A stretch of 12,127 nucleotides of DNA. Source: a virus. Lineage: Duplodnaviria; Heunggongvirae; Uroviricota; Caudoviricetes. Where the stretch lies: the IMG/VR virus record IMGVR_UViG_3300022750_000190; one strand, written 5' to 3'. Each line of letters opens with the position of its first letter. The stretch's first letter is position 1. The notes beneath the pieces are model-generated. The model was not told the DNA's origin and did not search any database. It was given only the letters and a program-made list of their open reading frames with translations. Below, in pieces: positions 1 to 6,634 of this stretch. Position numbers and translations under genes: made by a program.

Positions 1-381
1 ATGACTGAACAAAAAGAAATTATTATCAATGGCAAGCCAGTAGAATTAAAAGGCGAATATTATTCATATTTTGCATGCACTTGTTCTGATGAAGACAAAG
101 AATATTGGGATAAAATGATTGAAAAAATCCTTGAACAACAAAAGGTAGATGATCGTTCAAATGCTTTGGCTTATCAAATCTCTCATTGCTTTGATGGGTC
201 TGTCACCTCTATTTATGCAGACATGTGGATGGGTGTTGGTGTAGAGATTGGCAATAATAAATTCAAGATGAACATTACATGCGATCAGCTTCAATATGGT
301 CTTGCAGCAGCAATAGTAATTGCATCCAAGCTAGACGCTGAAAATGCAAAAGAATACGATCTTGAGAACCTACTTGATTAA
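1..381 (+). CDS. Hypothetical protein, 126 aa (start coincides with window edge)
   Basis: Open frame with TAA at 379-381; upstream RBS not visible; no motif recognised. Confidence 0.75.
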   Translation: MTEQKEIIINGKPVELKGEYYSYFACTCSDEDKEYWDKMIEKILEQQKVDDRSNALAYQISHCFDGSVTSIYADMWMGVGVEIGNNKFKMNITCDQLQYGLAAAIVIASKLDAENAKEYDLENLLD

Positions 382-386
382 AAAGG

Positions 387-415
387 TTGTGTTATTCTGA
401 TTTTTGTATTATAAT
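387..415 (+). promoter_or_regulatory. sigma70-type promoter TTGTGT-17-TATAAT
   Basis: Consensus -10 (410-415), 17-nt spacer, intergenic, followed by AAGCCATCTT. Confidence 0.6.
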
Positions 416-449
416 AAGCCATCTTTCATAAATTTAGGTAGCTTTTAAG

Positions 450-656
450 ATGTTCTTAAATATAATTGAATATGGCTCTGCAACAATTTTTATGCTATTT
501 TCATGGGCTATGTCGCTTTGTTTTGCACAATACGATGAGAGAGAAAATGAGTTCAAACTCTTTCTTTGGGTTCCACCATGTGGCATTGCGTTTTTTCTTT
601 ACAGGATGACCCGTGCCGCATTTCTTGCCACCTTCGTTGACGATGATAACGATTAA
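450..656 (+). CDS. Small membrane protein, W-x21-VPP family copy 1 (68 aa)
   Basis: SD-like AGGT at 436-439; two hydrophobic segments; motif shared with 674-949 and 1453-1638. Confidence 0.75.
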   Translation: MFLNIIEYGSATIFMLFSWAMSLCFAQYDERENEFKLFLWVPPCGIAFFLYRMTRAAFLATFVDDDND

Positions 657-673
657 TTTAAAAAGAGGTTAAT

Positions 674-949
674 ATGCAAAATATTTTTTATTACTTGATA
701 GGCATGGCTGGAATTTTAGCATGTATGGCTAGTGTTTCTTTGTGGCTTGTTGCAATGCTATTGAAAAGCCTTGATTCTTGCTATAAAACTGCCTTGCTCT
801 TTTTCTTCGTTCCGCCAATTGCCATCCTGTATGGTATCTTCATGCTTAAAGTTGAAAGCATGAGAATTTGCCATTTGAGCGATAAAGACGCATTTCTTCG
901 GATTGTCCAATCATTCAAGAGAAAGCCTGAAATCTGTCTGAAACGCTAA
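674..949 (+). CDS. Small membrane protein, W-x21-VPP family copy 2 (91 aa)
   Basis: SD GAGG at about 665-668; hydrophobic segments; VPP motif 22 residues after Trp. Confidence 0.8.
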   Translation: MQNIFYYLIGMAGILACMASVSLWLVAMLLKSLDSCYKTALLFFFVPPIAILYGIFMLKVESMRICHLSDKDAFLRIVQSFKRKPEICLKR

Positions 950-956
950 TAAATAA

Positions 957-985
957 TTGTCAAATATGGCTTCCTGATGTATAAT
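957..985 (+). promoter_or_regulatory. sigma70-type promoter TTGTCA-17-TATAAT
   Basis: Near-consensus hexamers, 17-nt spacer, intergenic. Confidence 0.7.
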
Positions 986-1017
986 GGAAGCCTATCTTAA
1001 CTACTAAGGCATCATTA

Positions 1018-1443
1018 ATGAAACAAGTAATCATCTTCCTTGACTTCGATGGTGTCTTTCATCCTTATTTTTCTGAACAAAAATTCGAAGACCTTCCCGC
1101 TTTTGAAAATATTGTTCGCGAATACAAAAACCTTTTGGATTTTAAATTGGTTATTTCCAGTTCTTGGAAGAAACGCAAGAGCCTCGAACAGATTAAATCA
1201 ATTTTTTCAAAAGATATTTCTGATATAATTATTTCTGTAGCACCTACTCTTGAAGATGCAGATGGCTCTCGTTTGAAAGAAGCTCAAATGTGGCTTGAAG
1301 ACTATAATCAAGAATGCGAATGGATTGCACTTGACGATGACCATTATGCTTGGAATAAATCTGAGAACCTTGTTTGGTGCTTGGATAAATTTAAAGAACA
1401 TGAGTCAACATTGCTACGAAATAAATTAAACAGTTTTTTGTAA
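1018..1443 (+). CDS. HAD-superfamily phosphatase, resembling the HAD domain of Swiss-Army-Knife RNA repair proteins (HAD_SAK_2-like)
   Basis: Motif I FLDFDGV at the N-terminus, motif II VISSSW, R..E...WL, motif IV WIALDDD. Confidence 0.85.
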   Translation: MKQVIIFLDFDGVFHPYFSEQKFEDLPAFENIVREYKNLLDFKLVISSSWKKRKSLEQIKSIFSKDISDIIISVAPTLEDADGSRLKEAQMWLEDYNQECEWIALDDDHYAWNKSENLVWCLDKFKEHESTLLRNKLNSFL

Positions 1444-1452
1444 GGTCTTAAC

Positions 1453-1638
1453 ATGGTTCACGAAATTTTCGAATTTTTAATATTATATCTTTCTCTCATT
1501 TTCATTCTTTCTTGGATAGGAAGTCTTATTGTTGCCATAACTGAAAAAGATAAAAAACACTTCATTTTGTATCTTATCGTTCCTCCATTTGGCTCATACA
1601 AATACTACAAAATTCGCTATCAACACTGGGGGTTCTGA
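1453..1638 (+). CDS. Small membrane protein, W-x21-VPP family copy 3 (61 aa)
   Basis: SD AAGGT directly after the HAD stop; aligns ungapped with 450-656. Confidence 0.75.
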   Translation: MVHEIFEFLILYLSLIFILSWIGSLIVAITEKDKKHFILYLIVPPFGSYKYYKIRYQHWGF

Positions 1639-1651
1639 AGGTTTTTTCAAT

Positions 1652-1680
1652 TAGATTCACAGCTTGTTATCAGGTATAAT
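1652..1680 (+). promoter_or_regulatory. sigma70-type promoter TAGATT-17-TATAAT
   Basis: Consensus -10, partial -35, intergenic. Confidence 0.55.
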
Positions 1681-1712
1681 GACTTTATCAAATCATAGTG
1701 GAGTAACTTCTA

Positions 1713-1898
1713 ATGCCTAAAGAACAAGAGTTTACTGAACTGCATTGCGAAATCGTTCGTGCTATTTTTAATGTTGCTCGCCAACATGAAGGCATCAGTG
1801 CCAAAGACGTTATGAAGCATCTTAAATCACTGTTTCCTAAAGCGTCTAAAAAAGATTTCAAACTTTCTACTTCCCTGATTGAAGGCGCTTCCAAATGA
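1713..1898 (+). CDS. Hypothetical small basic helical protein (61 aa)
   Basis: SD GGAG at 1700-1703; ATGA overlap with the next ORF. Confidence 0.75.
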   Translation: MPKEQEFTELHCEIVRAIFNVARQHEGISAKDVMKHLKSLFPKASKKDFKLSTSLIEGASK

Positions 1899-2365
1899 GC
1901 AATGTTGTCAGCATTCTGAAACACAAACCACTTTCTGAGCAAGAACGTTTTGAATTAGGCGAAGCCGAAAGTAAATTTGAATATTTCTCTTGGCTTTTGG
2001 ATAGTGCAAAGAAAGCAGAACAAGAAAATATTGCCAGTTCTCTTGGTCCTATGTTTAACATCTATGGACCACACAAAAAAGAAACAACAGAACTATTTCT
2101 TTCTTTTCTTAATAATCCCACCAGTAATACTTGGTCTGAAATTCGTAGCTATTTGGTATATGGAAATCGTACAGCTTGGCAAATTTGGACAGACTATGAT
2201 CAAAAAGCACCACGCAATTTAAGTGGAAATAATGAAGAACTTTTTCCTGAACCAGAAGACTTCATGAATTATATCAATCTTCATCGATTAGCTCAAAATG
2301 TTGAATGGGAAATCGAAGTAGAAACCGCTGAAAACATTATTAAAAAATATCAAGGTAGAAATTAA
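1895..2365 (+). CDS. Hypothetical protein (156 aa)
   Basis: Translationally coupled by ATGA overlap; no named family recognised. Confidence 0.8.
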   Translation: MSNVVSILKHKPLSEQERFELGEAESKFEYFSWLLDSAKKAEQENIASSLGPMFNIYGPHKKETTELFLSFLNNPTSNTWSEIRSYLVYGNRTAWQIWTDYDQKAPRNLSGNNEELFPEPEDFMNYINLHRLAQNVEWEIEVETAENIIKKYQGRN

Positions 2366-2623
2366 ATGAGCGACGTTAAACCAGAAGAAACAAAAGAAGA
2401 ACGCAGGAAGCGTGAGCGCAATGAAGATGATGCAAAACTTAAAGAACAATTGACAGTTACTTTGGATAATATTAAGAAGCTTAGAAAAATGCTATTGCCT
2501 ATTGATTCCGTATCTGTTCGAGAATCATTAACACAAGCAGAAAATGCAATCCGCCCTATGCTTTACTTTCTTCGTAGTGTTGAAGAAAATGATAAACAGA
2601 GAACAACTGATCGTCAGCATTGA
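2366..2623 (+). CDS. Hypothetical charged/coiled-coil protein (85 aa)
   Basis: ATG immediately follows the upstream TAA; SD AAGGT inside the upstream gene. Confidence 0.75.
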   Translation: MSDVKPEETKEERRKRERNEDDAKLKEQLTVTLDNIKKLRKMLLPIDSVSVRESLTQAENAIRPMLYFLRSVEENDKQRTTDRQH

Positions 2624-2633
2624 TTTAAAATTA

Positions 2634-2663
2634 AATCAAGGCAACATTCGTGTTGCCTTGATT
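2634..2663 (+). terminator. 13-bp perfect hairpin with TTCG loop; probable terminator or processing/stability stem
   Basis: AATCAAGGCAACA-TTCG-TGTTGCCTTGATT directly after the stop at 2623; only a broken U-rich tail. Confidence 0.6.
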
Positions 2664-2681
2664 GCATTTCTGTTGTAAAAT
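2653..2681 (+). promoter_or_regulatory. sigma70-type promoter TTGCCT-17-TAAAAT
   Basis: -35 lies in the 3' arm of the hairpin; upstream of the SprT pair. Confidence 0.55.
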
Positions 2682-2718
2682 ATGCCCTTAAACCAGTGTA
2701 TCTAAAGGGCTATTCAAA

Positions 2719-3276
2719 ATGAAAGATTTAGCAAGCTTCCATCAAAAAGTTCTCGAAAAAATTGAAGAAGCTGCTCATAAATATCATCTTGAAGATCGTT
2801 TTCTTAAAGAAGGTCAGGTAGAAATATCTTACTACAAAGCTGGCACTGCTGCTGGTAAAGCACATTACAAAATGAACATGGTCGATGGTTCAAAGATTTT
2901 TAAGTTGATGTTTAATTTGTTCAACATTGAAAATAATTATGACCGCATGGTTAGTGAAGTTATCCCTCACGAAGTGGCTCATATTGTGGGCATAGCTAAT
3001 CCTAAATTGGCTAATTTGCATGACAAAAATTGGAAACGTGTATGCCTTGCTCTTGGCGGTAATGGCGAGCGAACTCATGATATGGAAGTCAAAAAAGCCA
3101 GAAAAACAGTTCAATGCATTTATGAAGTTGCTGGACATCGCATCCCTGTAAGCCCTAGAACTCATGACAAAATTCAAAACTCAAATGCTATTTATAGTTA
3201 CAAAGTAGGTTATAAAAAGCTTATCCTTAGACCCGCAAACTATATTGGTTCAACTCTTGATGGCATAAGTGCATGA
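2719..3276 (+). CDS. sprT: SprT-like zinc metalloprotease, copy 1 (185 aa)
   Basis: VIPHEVAH (HEXXH), downstream HDKNWK, G..G.RTH, and upstream GTAAGKA, as in the SprT family; SD AAGGG at 2705-2709. Confidence 0.85.
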   Translation: MKDLASFHQKVLEKIEEAAHKYHLEDRFLKEGQVEISYYKAGTAAGKAHYKMNMVDGSKIFKLMFNLFNIENNYDRMVSEVIPHEVAHIVGIANPKLANLHDKNWKRVCLALGGNGERTHDMEVKKARKTVQCIYEVAGHRIPVSPRTHDKIQNSNAIYSYKVGYKKLILRPANYIGSTLDGISA

Positions 3277-3806
3277 GTAGTGTAGAAAAATTCACAGCAG
3301 AAATAAAAGAAAAACTTAAGAAAGCGATTTCTCAATTTAATAGCAATTTTTCTGCTGACGAAGTTGTTATTCTCTTCACACTAAAAGGCACTCGTGCTGC
3401 CACTGCATTTTTTGATGTAGTTAATGGCGTTCGTATTTTTGGACTAAATTTTAATATTTTCAATATTGAACATGATTATAACGAAATGGTCAATGTTGTT
3501 ATTCCTCACGAAATTGCACATCTTATTTGCTTTGATAAACAACATTTTCATCCCAAACATGATAACGTCTGGAAAGAAACTTGCTTAGCACTTGGTGGGA
3601 CAGGGGAACGAACTCATAAAATGACCACTAAAAAAGCAAGAATCACAAAAAAATACGTATACATGATTAAAGAACATAAATTCACTATAAGCTCTTTACA
3701 TCATAAGAAAGTGCAGCTAGACGAATTATTTTTTCATGTGTATATTGATGGTATTCAATGTGCAATTACACCACGTCATTTTACAGGCGAAATCTTACGC
3801 CATTAA
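3273..3806 (+). CDS. sprT: SprT-like zinc metalloprotease, copy 2 (177 aa)
   Basis: VIPHEIAH, HDNVWK, CLALGGTGERTH; ATGA-coupled to copy 1. Confidence 0.85.
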   Translation: MSSVEKFTAEIKEKLKKAISQFNSNFSADEVVILFTLKGTRAATAFFDVVNGVRIFGLNFNIFNIEHDYNEMVNVVIPHEIAHLICFDKQHFHPKHDNVWKETCLALGGTGERTHKMTTKKARITKKYVYMIKEHKFTISSLHHKKVQLDELFFHVYIDGIQCAITPRHFTGEILRH

Positions 3807-3817
3807 TCAGAAAACGA

Positions 3818-3846
3818 TTGCATCGGCAATCATATTATAGTATTAT
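3818..3846 (+). promoter_or_regulatory. sigma70-type promoter TTGCAT-17-TATTAT
   Basis: 17-nt spacer; overlapping alternative -10 TATAAT at 3844-3849; -35 lies in a GATTGC/GCAATC inverted repeat (3816-3831). Confidence 0.5.
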
Positions 3847-3877
3847 AATGACATCTAAACAGCTAATGGAAATCGAA

Positions 3878-4213
3878 ATGAAATACAAAGATATGCACAT
3901 TCACAAGAAATATGCTTTCAATGGCAATGAATATGAAATTGCTTCTGTAACTTCATTCGGTCCCGGATTGCTTTATCTTTGCTCTCTTTTCACATTTGTT
4001 CCAGTACATGATAAAACTCTTCCAGAAATCTCTGCGATGCGTTGGGCTGATGGTGAAATTGATCGATTCAAAATTGTAAAACAACCTCTGTTTTCAAAAC
4101 CTGATACAAACGAACGTCATACCTACAACACTGAACAGCAACGTTATGACGACATGCTCAGGGGATTTGGAAGTAAACCAGAATATTACGAAAACATGCG
4201 CCACGCTAATTAA
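3878..4213 (+). CDS. Hypothetical protein (about 111 aa; start moved from 3758)
   Basis: GGA 7 nt before ATG 3878 and downstream of the promoter; the 3758 start would overlap SprT copy 2. 3866 is an alternative start. Confidence 0.7.
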   Translation: MKYKDMHIHKKYAFNGNEYEIASVTSFGPGLLYLCSLFTFVPVHDKTLPEISAMRWADGEIDRFKIVKQPLFSKPDTNERHTYNTEQQRYDDMLRGFGSKPEYYENMRHAN

Positions 4214-4228
4214 CAAAATAGGTGATTT

Positions 4229-4483
4229 ATGGATTTCTCAGTTAAATATAAGATTAAAGAAGATGGCGATGTAAAAGAATTTGTTGTTAAATCAACTTGG
4301 TTCAACGAAAACCTCGATGATGATTATATTGCTGACGAAATTTATGAATACATTTACGTCAATATGGATAATAATGGATTCGATACCGATGATAACGAAA
4401 ATATGGATAACATCCACTTTATCAATCGTGATCAAGTAGTACAAGAAATTTCAGAGTATTTTCAAAATAGGAGAAATAGCTAA
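4229..4483 (+). CDS. Small acidic protein, paralog A (84 aa)
   Basis: SD AGGTGA; 21 D/E versus 8 K/R; about 30% identical to 4606-4848 by manual alignment. Confidence 0.85.
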   Translation: MDFSVKYKIKEDGDVKEFVVKSTWFNENLDDDYIADEIYEYIYVNMDNNGFDTDDNENMDNIHFINRDQVVQEISEYFQNRRNS

Positions 4484-4538
4484 ACGATATAGATTCTTAT
4501 TTTAATATAACCAAATACAAAAAAAGATAAAAAAAGAC

Positions 4539-4568
4539 TTGATCTGACACATTAACTTCATATATAAT
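4539..4568 (+). promoter_or_regulatory. sigma70-type promoter TTGATC-18-TATAAT with upstream A-tracts (UP-like)
   Basis: Two A7 tracts about 10 bp apart just upstream of the -35. Confidence 0.6.
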
Positions 4569-4605
4569 TACCACATTACAAACTGATAGGAAATAAGGAA
4601 ATAAA

Positions 4606-4848
4606 ATGAGCTTTAAAATCTCTTACGCTGCAAACGATGAAACTAGCTTTAAGACTCTGACTCTGAAAGAGAAGATCTTTGGTTCTGATTGGGATGCTGA
4701 TCGAATTGAAGAAGAAATCAAAGAGTATGTGTATAACGATATTGAAAACCGTGGAATTTCTTTGGATGAAGATGCAGTCATCTACAAAGATATTGAAAAG
4801 GTTGTTCAGAAAATTGTGGACCATTTTCAAAATGAAAATCACTACTGA
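4606..4848 (+). CDS. Small acidic protein, paralog B (80 aa)
   Basis: SD AAGGA; 19 D/E versus 10 K/R; shares EI.EY.Y..N.G and VVQ.I..FQN with paralog A. Confidence 0.85.
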   Translation: MSFKISYAANDETSFKTLTLKEKIFGSDWDADRIEEEIKEYVYNDIENRGISLDEDAVIYKDIEKVVQKIVDHFQNENHY

Positions 4849-5020
4849 TTCTGTAAAAGCTTCTGAGCTTACTATCGGTCAGAAAGTAAAATATGGATTC
4901 TTTGAACTTTCCTTTATGGGGATTGACCATCGAAATCATGTACTGCTTAAAGACAGTGATGGGGAAATTAGAAACATATTTTTGGAACTTTTTGAAAAAA
5001 ATGCAAAAATAGTGTTTTAA
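4832..5020 (+). CDS. Hypothetical beta-rich small protein (62 aa; start moved from 4679)
   Basis: ATG at 4832 overlaps the end of the upstream gene by 17 nt; the longer version lies almost wholly inside 4606-4848; ends just before a terminator. Confidence 0.65.
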   Translation: MKITTDSVKASELTIGQKVKYGFFELSFMGIDHRNHVLLKDSDGEIRNIFLELFEKNAKIVF

Positions 5021-5032
5021 AACTCACAAAAT

Positions 5033-5058
5033 AAAGCCTCTTTCATAAGAGGCTTTTT
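5033..5058 (+). terminator. Intrinsic terminator
   Basis: AAAGCCTCTT-TCAT-AAGAGGCTTT followed by further T residues. Confidence 0.85.
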
Positions 5059-5064
5059 AATTAG

Positions 5065-5073
5065 TGCTAAAAT
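5065..5073 (+). promoter_or_regulatory. Possible extended -10 promoter TGcTAAAAT
   Basis: Immediately after the terminator and before ORF 5096; no good -35. Confidence 0.4.
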
Positions 5074-5095
5074 ATCAGAAAGAAGATTTTACATT

Positions 5096-5476
5096 ATGAC
5101 TAACTTTCCTGATTTAAAAATAGATGACACAAGACGCACAAATGAAGCTACTCGCAATAGTCAACCATTTGCAATTTGCATCATGAATCCAGAACCGGCT
5201 GTTCGTGCTTTTTTCATGAAAGTATTCAAGAATACTGACACTATCTCAACTGATTACAATGTTATCAAAAAGACTGGCGCTCTACTTGACCAAAATACAA
5301 AAAATGTTTTAAGAGTCACATTAAAAGACAATGCAGAATTGTTTAAGAAACATTTGGAGATCGATTATTCACGTTGGTACAAAACACAAGAACGTTTTGG
5401 TTTGCTTGCTGGATTAATAGAAAAAACAGAAAAACAATTTGATAAAACAAAAAATAAACAAAGATTATTAACATAA
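5096..5476 (+). CDS. Hypothetical protein (126 aa)
   Basis: Open frame that fills the space between flanking genes; weak SD. Confidence 0.75.
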   Translation: MTNFPDLKIDDTRRTNEATRNSQPFAICIMNPEPAVRAFFMKVFKNTDTISTDYNVIKKTGALLDQNTKNVLRVTLKDNAELFKKHLEIDYSRWYKTQERFGLLAGLIEKTEKQFDKTKNKQRLLT

Positions 5477-5519
5477 TCACGGTATATTATTTAAAATACA
5501 ATTTGAGAATTTAAAAGCC

Positions 5520-5816
5520 ATGTTTAAAATCAAAGCTTATACAGCTTATTATCTTTTGAAATATATTTACGGATATGATGTTTCTATTGGTTGCTCCATG
5601 GATAATGGTAAACTCAATTCTTTTACAATCAATAATGATTACAATAAAGTTTCAGGATACAAAGATAATTACCCGCATGCCAGCTTATCCATTAAAGATA
5701 ATCATGAAAATTTTACTTTAACAACCTATCACAATGGGAAAAATCAAGTATATTCAGGAAAAATGTCTGATATGATTAAAATTTGGAATCAGAAACATTT
5801 GAAACATATCACTTAA
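5520..5816 (+). CDS. Hypothetical protein (98 aa)
   Basis: Open frame; weak SD (GAG); no motif recognised. Confidence 0.7.
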   Translation: MFKIKAYTAYYLLKYIYGYDVSIGCSMDNGKLNSFTINNDYNKVSGYKDNYPHASLSIKDNHENFTLTTYHNGKNQVYSGKMSDMIKIWNQKHLKHIT

Positions 5817-5829
5817 TATCAAAAATAGC

Positions 5830-5858
5830 TTGTATTTGTGCTGTTAAACTACTATAAT
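5830..5858 (+). promoter_or_regulatory. sigma70-type promoter TTGTAT-17-TATAAT
   Basis: Intergenic; bracketed by a perfect 10-bp inverted repeat. Confidence 0.65.
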
Positions 5859-5888
5859 ACAAGCTCATTCACAATATGAAGAGTTATC

Positions 5889-6122
5889 ATGAAAGACCTT
5901 AAAAAAGATGATTTTCGGACATTGGTTAACGAAGACCTTTATCGTGCTTTGTGTATGTTCTATGACAACCAAATGAATGACGAAGGCTATAAAATTAGCG
6001 CTAGTTCTTTGAAAGATCTTCACGAAACAGGTCTGATTCGCTACAAAGAAAAAAGCATTTACGAAAACGAAAGAAATTTTGAAGTGACATCTTTTGGTAC
6101 ATTCGTTGTATTGTTCTACTAA
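5889..6122 (+). CDS. Small protein, possible winged-helix DNA-binding domain (77 aa)
   Basis: SLKDLHETGLIRY...FEVTSFG matches the generic L..L...GLI....T..G pattern of wHTH wings (weak evidence). Confidence 0.7.
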   Translation: MKDLKKDDFRTLVNEDLYRALCMFYDNQMNDEGYKISASSLKDLHETGLIRYKEKSIYENERNFEVTSFGTFVVLFY

Positions 6123-6151
6123 AAGCACTGAAAAAAAGATTCAAAAATGTA

Positions 6152-6180
6152 TTGACAGCGAAAACAAACTGACTTATAAT
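6152..6180 (+). promoter_or_regulatory. Perfect consensus sigma70 promoter TTGACA-17-TATAAT with UP-like A-tracts
   Basis: Exact consensus; A-tracts at about 6131-6147; hairpin ATCTTC-TGAC-GAAGAT (6187-6202) at the predicted +1. Confidence 0.92.
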
Positions 6181-6251
6181 CATCACATCTTCTGACGAAG
6201 ATACAACAAAAAACTTAAATTTTATCAATAACGTAACAAGGATATATCGCA

Positions 6252-6395
6252 ATGCCTATGACTGCACAAGAACAGCGTCAACAAGAAATCGACCAAGCTT
6301 GGTCTGCACATCAAAAGTCTACTGCTCCTAGCAAACAAGATGCTTGGAAGCAAGCCGAAAAACAAATGGGCAACCGCCTGAAATCTTCTGTTTAA
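6252..6395 (+). CDS. Microprotein, GNRLKSSV family copy 1 (47 aa; not in ORF track)
   Basis: MPMTAQEQRQQEIDQAWSAHQKSTAPSKQDAWKQAEKQMGNRLKSSV; SD AAGGA at 6238-6242. Confidence 0.9.
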   Translation: MPMTAQEQRQQEIDQAWSAHQKSTAPSKQDAWKQAEKQMGNRLKSSV

Positions 6396-6436
6396 TCAAA
6401 TCATTTTCTTTTATTTTAAATTATAAGGTAATTATC

Positions 6437-6580
6437 ATGTCTGCCACCACCCAAGAAAAACGTCAGAAAGAAATTGATCAAGCATGGGAAGCCCATCAAA
6501 AATCCAACACTCCGAGCAAAGCTGATGCTTGGCGTCAAGCCGACAAGATTACTGGCAACCGCCTGAAGTCTTCGGTTTAA
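6437..6580 (+). CDS. Microprotein, GNRLKSSV family copy 2 (47 aa; start moved from 6344)
   Basis: MSATTQEKRQKEIDQAWEAHQKSNTPSKADAWRQADKITGNRLKSSV; SD AAGGT; 34/47 identical to copy 1. Confidence 0.92.
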   Translation: MSATTQEKRQKEIDQAWEAHQKSNTPSKADAWRQADKITGNRLKSSV

Positions 6581-6634
6581 CAAAACCTCTTTAATCCTTA
6601 AACAACTTAATCATTTACTAGAAGGTAATTCATC

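Noticed and set aside
416-444. RBS-occluding stem AAGCCATCT/AGGTAGCTT before ORF 450
   Set aside because: Only 8 pairs with a mismatch and a G-U around an 11-nt loop; too weak to claim separately, though consistent with the pattern at 2680 and 8978.
4588-4603. Tandem AGGAAATA x2 (duplicated SD)
   Set aside because: Short AT-rich duplication with no upstream start for the first copy; probably slippage.
6344-6436. N-terminal extension of the 78-aa ORF in the track
   Set aside because: It overlaps copy 1 in another frame; homology and the SD place the start at 6437.
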